A stretch of DNA of 64,000 nt from Mobula hypostoma (lineage: Eukaryota), in contig NC_086106.1 in the NCBI RefSeq assembly GCF_963921235.1, positions 16,678,001-16,742,000 on the forward strand, in the 5' to 3' direction. Each line of letters begins with the position of its first letter. Positions within the stretch are counted from its first letter, which is position 1. Of the stretch, positions 22,546-34,300 are shown piece by piece. The position numbers and the translations under genes are program-made. The notes below the pieces were generated by a model. That model searched no databases, had not been told where the DNA came from, and was given only the letters and a program-made list of their open reading frames with translations.

Positions 22546-22724
22546 AGGTAGTGATCGTGGGCTCATTGAACATTCAGAAGCTTGATGGCCGAGGGGAAGA
22601 AGCTGTTCCTGAACCTGGTGGTGAGGTGCTTCAGGCTTCTGTACCCCCTGCCCGATGGTAGCTATGAGGAGATGGCCTGGCCCAGATGGTGGGGATCTTT
22701 GACTGAGGACGCACCACCCCCTGG

Positions 22725-23765
22725 TTGGCCGCAGATGACTGGTGGTGTTCCGCTGGGGTCAGTGTTGGGGCTGCTTTTTACGTTAAATGTCAACGATTTG
22801 GATGATGGAATTGATGGCTTTGTAGCCAAGTTTGCAGAAGATAGGAAGGTAGGTGGAGGGGCAGGTAGTATTGAGGAAACAGGGAGGCTGCAGAAGGATT
22901 TAGACAGATCAGGAGAATGGGCAAAGAAGTGGTATAGTGTCGGGAAGTGTACGGTCAAGCTCTTTGGTAGAAGAAATTAAAGGGTTGACTATTTTCTAAA
23001 TGGAGGGAACACAAAAAACCGAGGCACAAAGGGATTTGAGAAGCTTGTGCAAGATTCCTTAAAGGCTAATTTGAGGGTTGAGTCTGCAGTGAGGAAGGCA
23101 AATGCAATGTTAGCAATCATTTTGACAGGACAAGAATATAAACACAAGGATGTAATGTTTGATACGGCATTGGTCAGACCGCACTTGGAGTGTTGTGAAC
23201 GGTTTTGGGCCCCTTATCTTCGAAAGAATATGCTGATGCTTGAGAGGATGCAAAGGAGGTTCATGAAAATGATTCTGGGATTGAAAGCCTTATCATACGA
23301 GGAGCGTTTGATGGCTCTGGGCCTGTATTTATCGGAATTTAGAAGAAAGAGGGTGGGGGGTGGGATCTCATTGAAATTTGTCGAATGGTGAAAGGCCTTG
23401 GTAGAGTGGACGTGGAGAGGACATTTCCTATGGTGGAAGAGTCTAGGACAAGAGGACACAGTCTCAGAATAGAGGCACGTCCATTTAGAACAGAGATGAC
23501 GGCCTGTAATTTAACAAATCTCAAGGTTGTATAATTTATACATTCTTTGATAATAAATGTACTTTGAATACCTTTCGGCAGAAGGTGGTGAATTTGTTGC
23601 CACGGGAGGCTCGACGGGCCAGGTCATTGAGTGTACTTGAGGTGGGGGTTGACGGATTTTTGATAAGTCAGGGTGTGAAAGGTTACAGGGAGGGTGGGGT
23701 TGAGAGGGGAAATGGTGAAGCAGGCTTTTTGGGCTGAATGGCCTAATTCTGCTCCAATGTCTCAT
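22725..23765 (+). mobile_element. CR1 LINE RT fragment
   Basis: GVPLGSVLG..F...NDLDDGIDGFVAKFAED; LVRPHLECC.RFWAPY. Confidence 0.85.
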
Positions 23766-24269
23766 AGTCGTACATCCTGCTGGTGGGGAGGGAGGGTTGT
23801 GGCCGTGACGGAGCTGCCCCAGTCTGGGGGGTTACAGTAAGGAATATTGCCATCCTGTGCCTTGGAACCGACATACCAGACAGTGGTGCAGCCTGTCAGG
23901 ATCCTCTCCACGATACATCTGCAGAAATTTGCAATTGTCTTTGGTGACAAACCAAACCTCCCCAGACTCCCGATGAAGAGTAGCCACTGGAGAGCCTTCT
24001 TCATGATTGTGTTGGGCTCAGTCCCCCGACACGGCGATGCCCAGGAAGCTGCAGCTGCCCGCCACCCCTCCCTCAATAGGGGCTGGTGTCTCTTCCCTCC
24101 ACCTCCCCCTCCTGAAACCCACGGCCAGCCGATCTAACAGACCCTGTACGCTGCCTCGCCACCGTGCCCCAGCGACCCCTCCCGTGTCCCGCCCCAAGAT
24201 GCTTGATCCCTCCAACAATAGATCCCTGAGAGAGAATTAGAGCCCGGTGTCTCAGCCTGGGGTTTGTCG

Positions 24270-24912
24270 AATAACAGATCCCCGGGAGTGGGTTACAGTC
24301 TGGGATCTGATCCAGGGGTTTGGGGGTTTAAATATAGAATAACAGATCCCTGGGAGTGGGTTACAGTCTGGGATCTGATCCAGGGGTTTGGGGGTTTAAA
24401 TATAGAATAACAGATCCCTGGGAGTGGGTTACAGTCTGGGATCTGATCCAGGGGTTTGGGGGTTTAAATATGGAATAACAGATCCCTGGGAGTGGGTTAC
24501 AGTCTGGGATCTGATCCAGGGGTTCGGGGGTTTAAATATAGAATAACAGATCCCTGGGAGTGGGTTACAGTCTGGGATCTGATCCAGGGGTTCAGGGGGT
24601 TTAAATATAGAATAACAGATCCCTAGGAGTGGGTTACAATCTGGGATCTGATCCAGGGGTTTAGGGGTTTATATACAGAATAACAGATCCCTGGGAGTGG
24701 GTTACAATCTGGGATCTGATCCAGCGGTTTGGGGGTTTAAATATAGAATAACAGATCCCCGGGAGTGGGTTACAGGCTGGGAACTGATCCAGAGATTTGG
24801 GGAATTTATGTACAGAATAACAGATTCCTGGGAGTGAATTACAAAATGGGATCTGATCCAGGGGTTTGGGTGGGGGTTAGATACAAAATAACAGATCCCT
24901 GGGAGTGGGTCA
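24270..24912. repeat. 68-bp minisatellite (about 9 copies)
   Basis: Unit cagatccctgggagtgggttacagtctgggatctgatccaggggtttgggggtttaaatatagaataa. Confidence 0.95.
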
Positions 24913-25292
24913 CAAGGGAGTAATCTCATCCCTCCCCATCACCAAGCCCCTCCCAGCCCTTGCACCTGTGGTGCAGGAGGCCCGCCCCGCGCCCTCTGAC
25001 TATGTGTCCGTGTGGGAGGTCCCGTCACCTCCCCCCTCTCTCTCTGTCTCACCACAAGGACGGCTTTGTGTGAACTGTTCCTTAAACTGGTTCTACCAGC
25101 TGACTGCAGAGCCTGGGACCTGGGGGAAGGAGATGGAGGCTGGGGCGTGAGGTGAGTAAAAGGGGAGGGGGAAGGAGAGGGAGAGAAAAGGGGGCAAAGA
25201 GAGAGAGGGGGGGACAGAGAGGTGCTGGGAGAGAGGCAGAGGGGGCAGAGGAGGGTGAGAGAGAGGTGCTGGGAGGGGGGAGAGAGAGAAGT

Positions 25293-25864
25293 AAACACAA
25301 AACACTCTGCAGATGCCGGGGTCAAAGCAACGCTCACAACACGCTGGAGGAACTCAGCAGGTCGGGCAGCATCCGTGGAAACGATCGGTCAACGTTTCGG
25401 GACGGAACCCTTCGTCAGGGCTGAAGAGGGAAGGGGCAGAGGCCCTATAAAGAAGGTGGGGGGAGGGTGGGAAGGCTGGTAGGTTCCAGATGAAAAACCA
25501 GTGAGGGAAAAGATAAAGGGGTTATGGTCCTCTATCCCTATGTCACTCTGTTCCCTCCCCGAGCTGCCTATCACCTCCCTCATGGTTCCGTCTCCTTCCA
25601 CTACCCATTGTACTTTCCCCTATTCATTCTTCACCTTTCCTGCCTATCCCCTCCCTGCTTCCTCTCCCCCACCCCTTTATCTTTCCCCTTACTGGTTTTT
25701 CACCTGGCACCTACCAGCCTTCTCCTTCCCACCCTCCCCCCACCTTCTTTATAGGGCCTCTGCCCCTTCCCTCTACAGTCCTGACGAAGGGCTCCAGCCC
25801 GAAACGTTGACTGATCGTTTCCACGGATGCTGCCCGACCTGCTGAGTTCCTCCAGCGTGTTGTG
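25293..25864. mobile_element. Penelope-like terminal repeats in inverted orientation
   Basis: About 190-bp arms 25335-25521 and 25672-25864 are near reverse complements; each carries a minimal hammerhead motif. Confidence 0.75.
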
Positions 25865-25979
25865 AGAGAGAGGTGCGAGGAAGGTGGCAGGGAAAGAGAG
25901 AGCGGTAAACTGGAGGGTGCGGGAGAACGCAAAGAAATTGAGAGGGGAGGGAGAAGGAACAAGAGGAGGAGGATGAGGG

Positions 25980-27340
25980 CAAAATCCTCATAAATCTCCT
26001 CTTCACCCTTTCCAGCTCACTGGCATCTTTCCTACAGCAGGGCGACCAAAACCGAACAAAAAATTCTCCAAATGCAGCCTCACCAACGTCTTGTAGAATT
26101 GCAATGTAACGTCCCAGCTCCTGTACTCGGTGCCCTGAGAGGTGAAGGGCAACGTGCCATACACCCTCTTCACCGCCTGTGACTCCACTTTCGGGGAACT
26201 GCGCGCCGGTACCCCACGTGTCCCCCTTTTCCACAACGCTCCCCAGGGCCCTGCCATTCACTGTGGAAGCCCTGCCCTGGCTTAACTTATTAACTTGCTT
26301 CTAGTTCTAGTTCAGCACGTGTATGCCCCTAAACGAAATGAAAGGTGCACGGCGCAGAACGTCAACGCAGAAAGTAGCATTACCACAAATGAATTAGCAG
26401 ATAATTAAGGTGCATTTACGACACGAGTCAAAAAGTGAAACAGCTTAATGCAGTTGGTGCCTCTAATGTGGTGAGACCTCAGTGGTGGCAGGGAGTTCAG
26501 TGGTCTTACGGCCCGGGGAAAGAAGCTGTTTCTGACCCTAACAGTGCTTGTCTGAATGTTACGGAACCTCCTGCCTGATGGTAGTGGGTCAAAGAGATTG
26601 TTGGACGGACGGGAGGGATCATTGACAATACTAAAGTCCCCTGCGTAGGCAGTGCTCCTGACAAATACCTCTAATGGGTGGAAGGGAGACCCCGATGACC
26701 CTTGCAGTGCTTTGTAGAGGACCTGCAGTCAGATGTCTTGCAGTTTCCACACCAGACGGTCAGGACACCGTCAGTGGTGCTCCTGTAAAAATTGGTTAGA
26801 ACAGGGAGGTGGGGAGCCTCACTCACCTCGATCTCCTCGGGAAGTGGAGACACTGCTCTGCTTTCCTGAGCAAAGAGGTGGTGTTGAGGGACCTGGTGAG
26901 GTTATCTATTAAGTGCACTCCCAGGAACTTGGTGCTCCTAACTCTCTCAGTGGGCAGTGAGGGATGGTCAGCCTGCACTTTCCTAAAGACCAGGACCCCA
27001 ATCATCTCCTTGGCCTTGGCCACGTTAAGACTCAAGTTGCCGTGATCGCAGGGGTCTACCAGTCGTGGAGGCTCTGTCTCCTCTCTGTACGCCGTCTCAT
27101 CGTCGTCATTGATGAGGCCAGCCCCTGCTGTGTCATTAGTGGACTTGCTGGTTCAGGTCAGAACTGGGTCGAGCAGTGCCGTCGTGCGTTGGCAGCGGGC
27201 TGCGGGCACCAGTGCTCAGCGTGATGGGGCTAGAGGTGCTGCTGCCAACACAGACTGACTGTGAACTTTCTACCAACAAGTCCACAGTCTAGTTGTGGGG
27301 AGAGGTGCCGAGACCCAGCAAGGACAGCTCACCCACCGGT
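25980..27340 (-). mobile_element. CR1 fragment (25980-26280) and Rex1-type LINE fragment (26290-27340)
   Basis: FYKTLVRLHLE; LNVAKAKEM...TKFLGVHL...KAEQCLHF. Confidence 0.7.
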
Positions 27341-27522
27341 TTCTGAGGGGTGATCGGACACGGTCGATGAAGAGCGACCTGGCGTTCGAGGCAGCGTTTT
27401 CCGGGTCTGGGTTGAATCCCATCTGCTGTTTCTTGACCCACTTCCTCCAGTTGATCTGGATTCTGTTACAGCCTTAGAAACCCTTCCTCACTGCCCATCC
27501 ACCACATCAGCAATGCTGGTGT

Positions 27523-29372
27523 TACGGTGGGTGTTCATTGGGACACATCTGGGTTGGTGTATTTTGGCTCAGTTAAGTGGATGTCCCAATTAACCAAAGT
27601 TTCATGGAAATAGTTAAGGTGTATAAAAAAGACAAACTACCGTTTAACCGAGTTAAGAACTTATGCATTTAAATAATCATAGGAAACTACAGCACAGAAA
27701 CAGGCCCTTCAGCCCATCTGGTCCGTGCTGATCATTTAAATGGCCTAGTCCCATCGACCTGCACCCGGACCAGACCCCTCCCATCCATGTACCTATCCAA
27801 ACTTCTCTTAAATGTTGAAATTGAAAATGCATCCACCACTGGCGCTGGCAGCTCGTTCCACACTCTCACACGAGTGAAGAAGATGCCCCTCATGTTCCCC
27901 TTAAATTTTTCACCTTTCACCCTTAACCCATGACCTCTAGTTCTAGTCTCACCCAACCTCTGTGGAAAAAGCCTGCTTGCATTTATTCTGTCTACACCCC
28001 TCATATTTTTGTATACCTCTATCAAATCTCCCCTCAGTCTTCTACATTCCAAGGAATAAAGCTCTAACTGCTTCAATCTTTCCTTACAACTCAGGTCCTC
28101 AAGTCCAGGCAACACCCTTGTAAACTTTTTTCTGCATTCTTTCAATCTTATTTATATCTTTCTTGTAGGTGGTGACCAAAACTGCGCACAATACTCCAAA
28201 TTAGGCCTCACAATTGTACCGTACAACTTCAACATAAAATCCCATTGCTTGTACTCAATACATTGATTTATGAAGACCAGTGTGCCAAAAGCTTTCTTTA
28301 CAACCCTATCTACCTGTGATGCCACTTTCAACAAACCCTGGACCTGTAATCCCAGATCCCTTTGTTCTACCACACTCCTCTGTGCCCCACCATTCACTGT
28401 GTAAGATCTACCTTGGCTGGTCCTCCCAAAGTCACACCTCACACCTGTCTGCCTTAAATTCCATCTGCCATCAACACTGAATGCCAAGCGACTGGGCTTT
28501 CTTGACCAACCTCCCATGCGGGAACTTGTCAAATGCCCTGCTGATGTCTATGTAGACAACATCCCCTGCCTTGCCTTCATCACCATTCCTGGTAACATGC
28601 TCAGAAAAACTCTATAAGATTGGTTAGATACAAGGTACAAAGCACAAAGACATGCCAACCATCTCTAATCTGTCTTTTCAAATATTCACATATCCGGTCC
28701 TTAGAGCACCATCCAATAACTTTCCCAAAACTCAGAACAAATAAGAATACTACCAATATCTCTACAGTACTATACAACTTTGTATTAATTTCTAACAGCT
28801 ATTGACAGATGAATTCATCTGCTGTGTTCTTTTGATTGACTGTAAATTAACAAAATCAGCTCAGACACCTGGTGCAGATAGTGGACTGACTTCATACAAT
28901 GCTTTTGACAATTGCATCCTCCAAATCTTCATTTTCATTGTAACATTCAAGATGATTGTCAATACCTTCAAATTCTTTGTGATCAATCGTCTCATTTTCA
29001 CTCCTGGTCAATTCTGGCATCTTTAAGCCAGAATGCTTGAAACTGCAGTGAGTGAAACGGTTCTGAATTCTCTCACTGCTCATTTCTCACCGACCATCAG
29101 TGACAAAAATCACCACTTTTTGAACACAAACACACACGACTGACGCTATTTTAAAACTGTTCACTCTAATCACAGTGTAGTGTCCGATGGCCACACAAGT
29201 GCACGTGGCTAACACAAGTCATAAACTGTTTGGCAATTGTGTCCTGCCCTAATTAAGCAGCCTAGTGTCCCAAATAAACTGAGGGAATCCTGGCTACTTT
29301 CTCGATTTAGTTTTTGTTTTTTTGAGAGTTGTCCCCAATTAACCGATGTCCCAATCAACCAGAACCCATTGG
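27523..29372 (-). mobile_element. Tigger/pogo-like DNA transposon remnant split by a CR1 insertion
   Basis: Imperfect TIRs (attgggacacat / atgtcccaat); transposase-like C-terminus IQNRFTHCSF...FEGIDNHLEC in ORF 28892-29083. Confidence 0.6.
27678..28730 (-). mobile_element. CR1 LINE fragment
   Basis: ORFs 27732-28145 and 28152-28532 ([25 protein letters not shown]). Confidence 0.88.
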
Positions 29373-29549
29373 ACTTGCAAACCTACGAACCATGTTGACA
29401 ACTTTATCCAAATGGTCAGCATCGATCCCTAACGGTCACAAGCCCCCGGTGTGAATAATGACTCCCCACTGCCTCCTATCACCGGGCCAATCTTATATTC
29501 AGTTGGCCAGCTTTAACTTCATCGATAAAGGAAAAGCTTAGCTTCATTT

Positions 29550-30745
29550 GTCAGATGTCAAGTTTATTGTCATTTAGCTACGTACATGAATACCGTCAAA
29601 TGGGACAACGTTTCTCCAGACCAGGGTGTAATTTACAGTAGTACACATACACACATTAACTTAGGAAAATAAGCATAAAGTCAACAGATGAACAAACAAA
29701 GTGCATAACTTAAATACTGTAAGGTACAGAATAGATTAACCAGTGACACTTTGAATGGGATGCAGCAGGGAGTTCAGAAGCCTAATGGCCTGAGGGAGGA
29801 AACTGTTTCCCTTCCTGACCGTTCTTGTTTTATGCATCGGAGTCTCCTGCCTGATGGGAGAAAGTCAAAGAGGATGCTGGATGGATGGGTGGGATCCTTG
29901 ATAATACTAAGGACCCTGCGTATGCAGAGCTCCTGATAACTGTCCCTGGTGGATGGTAGGGAGACCCCTGTGATCCTCTCGGCTGTTCTCATAGAGTCTT
30001 TGTAGGGACTGGAGATGAGGGGAGGTGTATTTTGGGAAGTCACACCAGGACAGGAGTTTCACAGTGAACATCAGGGCCCTGTGAGATGTTATAGAACAGA
30101 GGGACCCAGGGGTACAGGGCACATGGTTCACTTAAAGCGGGGTTTCACGTGGACAGGGCGGTGAAGAAGGTGCTTGGCACGTGAGCCCTCATCAGTCAGG
30201 ACACTTGAGTACAGGAGCTGGGACGACATCTTGCAGTTGTACAAGACGTCGATGAGACCGCACTTGGAGAATTGTGTCCAGTTCTGGTCGCCCTGCTGTA
30301 GGAAAGACGGCATTAAGCTGGAAAGGGAGCAGATCAAATTTACAGGGATGTTGCTGGGACTGGAGGGACTGAGTTATGGAGAGAGCTAGGCGGGTTGGGA
30401 CTTTATTCCTTGGAGTGTGGGAGCCCGAGGGCTGACTGAATAGAGGTGTATAGAACCATGAGGGGCACAGATAGGGTGAACGTGCACGGTCCTTTCCCCC
30501 GGGGCTGGGAATCAGGAACAGGAGTGTCACAGGTTTAAGTTCAGGGGAGAGAGATTTAACAGGAAACTTTTTCTCTCTGTGGGGTGGACCCTGCATGGAA
30601 CGAGCTGCCAGAGGAAGTGGTTAAGGCAGGTATATCGGAACATTTTAAAGATACTTGGACAGGAAAGGCTTAGAGGGATATGGATCAGATGCAGGAAGAT
30701 AGGGATTGTTGTCATTTGGGCCAAGGGGCCTGATTTTGTGCTGTG
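29550..30745. mobile_element. Rex1 3' fragment (-, 29550-30010) and CR1 fragment (+, 30020-30745)
   Basis: IIKDPTHPS..LF.FLPSGRRLR; RPHLENCVQFWSP. Confidence 0.78.
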
Positions 30746-31020
30746 TAACCCTGCGCCCCATTGCAAGGTGGAGGGAAGGTCAGGAACAGCGTCTCCACGG
30801 GTCTGTACCTCCGGTGTGGGCAGGGAGTCGGACACGGGACCTCACCGTGGGGCTCACTCTCTTGTTCCTCTTTCATGACGTCCACAAGACAAGAGGTCAG
30901 ACATCCCTGTTTAGCCAGAGCCCATGGGCAGCCGGTGACCGAGGGGAGGGTCTGAGGCAAGGCAGGAGGGGAGGATCCACTACTAGTTCACCCAGCTCCC
31001 CCTCCTCTCCACCCCACAGG

Positions 31021-31306
31021 ATGACGCACAGGGCAATTCTGGGACAGCTGGGCCTCCTGCTGGCCCTGGCGCTGGGCTGCCTGGGGGGGTGTATCCACGA
31101 CCAGGTCCAGCGGAGGATTACCGGGGCAACGGCTGTCCGCTACCGAGGGGCGAGGGCGTCTGGGAGGTCCTTGCCCAGCCCCCGCCCCATTCGCATCTCT
31201 GCCTTCTACACCAGCGTGCCTGAGATGGTCCTGAGGCCGGAGGAGAGGCAGCACCTCAACGCCTCGGTGCAGGAGGCGATCGGTCGCATCGCAGAGCTGC
31301 TGGCAG
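31021..31306 (+). CDS. CIROP: CIROP coding exon 1 (signal peptide/propeptide)
   Basis: MTHRAILGQLGLLLALALGCLGGCIHDQVQ...PIRI...IAELLA-g|gtgaga; the ATG is preceded by an acceptor-like ccccacag-g. Confidence 0.9.
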
Positions 31307-34300
31307 GTGAGAGCCGGCGCCTGTAGTCTGCCTGTACATCCACCTGTATCGTTCTCCTGTCTGCCTGTAATCTGCCCACGTGTCTGTCTAACTATGAAAC
31401 AACCCACACGCCTGCCTGTATCCGTTGTCTGTCAGCCTGTATTTCTGTCTACATCTATAAACCACGCTTATTTGCCTGTGCATTCACCTGTACCCCCGTA
31501 CGTGTGCCTGCCCGTCCCGCTGTATCCCTCACCCACCCACTGCCACTGTTTCCGCCTGTATCCCCCACCATCCGTTTGTACCTCCTCATCTGCCTGCCAT
31601 GTGTCCCCATTCACCCACTTGTATGTCTGTCTGTACATCTACCTGTATCCCTGCCTAAATGCGTTTATTTGCCTGTGTCCCTCTGTCCACCCAACCTCTC
31701 TCTGTCCTGTCCATCTGCCTTTCCCTCCCCCATCATGCACCTGTAAATGTGCCTGTCACCCTCTCTGCCCGCCAGCACATCTGCTTGTCTGTCTGCCTGT
31801 CACTCCCAGTACCTCCGCTTGTGCTTTCCAGCCTGTCCGCCTGTCTCCCCATCTGTCTACCTGTCTCTCCCAGTCCATCCGGCAGTCGCTCATGGTACTT
31901 CCACCTGTCTTACCCTGTCTGTCCAGCTGTCTCTCCCCACCTGCCTGCCTGTATTTCCCTGTACCCCTGCCCGCACAACCACTTCTACCACACCCATCTG
32001 CCTGTAGCTTTCCTGTCTTATCGCCTGTATCTCCCTTTCTGCCCGTCTGTACGTCTGCCTACACATCTACTCATACCTCCGGTCTGTCTGCTCGTGTCTG
32101 TCCGGCCACCCGCCTGTACCCCTGGCTGTGCCTGTGTCTGTAACACAGCCTGCCCGGTACCTGTGCCCATGTTACAGTCCTCCTCCCCCCTCTCCCGCAG
32201 TGATTCCGGTGGTGGACCCTCTCCTGCTGTCCCGGGACCCGGAGGCCTACTGCAAGTCCGTCTGGAGGAACCAGTCGCTACCGAACTTCAACAAGTAACT
32301 CCGACTGTTCTCCCATTGTCCTGTCCCGCAGTGCCAACTCCTCAATCCTCCTCCCTCTTCCCTAATCCCTCTTTCTCACTCCCTCCTCCTCACTCTCATC
32401 CCCCCTCCCTCCGTACCCATCCTTAACCCTCCTCACTTCCTCTTCCCTCTGCATCCATCTTCAATCTTCCTCATTCCTTCATCTACACCCATCCTCACTC
32501 CCTCCATCCACCTCCATACCCATTGTCAACCCTCCTCACTTTCTCTTCCCTCTGCACCCATCCTCAACCCTCCTCACTCCCTCCATCCACCTCCACATCC
32601 ATCATCAACCCTCCTCACTCTCTCCTCCCTGCACATCCATCCCCCCTCCTCCACACACAGCCTCAACCCTCCTCCTTCTGCACCTATCCTCAACCCCCTC
32701 ATTCCCTCCTCCACACCCATCCTCACTCCCTCCTCCCTTTCCCCACTCAGCCCTCCTCTTCCTTCACATGTATACTCACCTCTCCATACCCTCCTCCTCC
32801 CTCCCTCCCTCCATACCCTTCCTGCCTACCCCTCTCCCCTCCACCGAGGATGGGGTACCTACCACTGACGGCCCCTCTCTGGTATTTACAGGTGTGGCCA
32901 GGTCAATGCTAACTACCAAGTGGAGAGGTGTCTAGATGTGGTGGTGAGAGACCGTCTGTGTCTGTGTGTCTCTGTGCAGTCCTGGTCTGTGTCTGTGTCA
33001 GCTCCTGAGCTGGGGTCTGGGGTCTGGGGTCGGTGAATGGGTGTGCGTCTGGCTCGGGATAGGGTTGGTGTCTGTCTCCCCGTCCCTCCCTCGGTCTGGC
33101 TTGGTGCCTGTCTGTCTATCACCCGGGTCAGTGCGGGAGCACAGCGGTGCCCAGTCTGGACGGCTGAGTGTCTGTGTCTGGTGCAGATCCCGGATGAGCA
33201 CCTGTCTGGATTCGGGGTGTGGACGGCGGAGGGCAAGGAGCCAGTGGTCCTGCGGGAGGACGGAACGGGAGTTCCCGGTGCTGACTTCATCCTCTACGTC
33301 AAGGCCGCCGACACACGGAAATGTCGGAGGGAGGTGGGTGGAGTCAGGCCAGGTGGGCGGGGTCAGGGCAGGTGGGTGGAGTCAGGGGAGGTGGGTGGAG
33401 TCAGGCCATGTGGGCGGGGTCAGGGTGTGTGTGTGGAGTCAGGGCAGGTGGGCGGGGTCAGGGGAGGTGGGTGGGGTCAGGGGAGGTGGGCGGAGTCAGG
33501 GTGTGTGTGTGGAGTCAGGGCAGGTGGGCGGGGTCAGGGGAAGTGGGTGGGGTCAAGGGAGGTGGGCGGAGTCAGGGTGTGTGGGTGGAGTCATGGGAGA
33601 TGGGTGGAGTCATGGGAGATGGGTGGAGTCAGGGCAGGTGGGTGGAGTCATGGGAGATGGGTGGAATCAGGGGGTGTGGGTGGAGTTAGGGGAGATGGGT
33701 GGAGTCATGGGAAGATTGGCAGAGTCAGAGGTGACCAGGGGCCAGGGGAGGCAGAAGGTGAGGAGGTTCAGGAGTTAAGGGACGTCAGCAGATAAGGTTG
33801 AGGAGATGTCAGGTGTCAGAGGTCAACTGCTGTTGTGGGCAGGTGAGGAGGTGCTAGATGCCAGGAGTCAGAAGTTGGGGTGAGGAGGTGCTGGGGTCAT
33901 GAGTGATGGGTTAGAGAGAGAAGATGCTGGGGGACGTGGGTGAGGAGGAGACAGGGTTCAGAGGTTGGGTGAGGAACTGCCTGGGTCAGAGTTCAGAAGG
34001 AGGAGGTACCAGGGCCAGGAATCATAATGAGGAGATACCAGGGGTTTAGGGTTGAGGTGGCAAGGGTTAGGAGATGCCAGGGGTCAGGGGTGAGAAGATA
34101 TCAAGCTCTGACCCCTCTCCCTTGCTTCCCCAACCCACAGCCCTCGGTCATCGCCTACGCCTCCTACTGCAAGGTGGACCAGGTGGGCCGACCCATCGCC
34201 GGGTCCGTCACCTTCTGCCACGCCCGTCTCCGTGGAAACAACTTCGACCACGAGCGCACCAAGCTGGTAGGTGACCGCTGACCCGCGCTCGCAGCTGGTC

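Noticed and set aside
31307-32912. Cys/Pro/Ser-rich ORFs of 130-280 aa
   Set aside because: Low-complexity CTGT/CCT intronic sequence of CIROP
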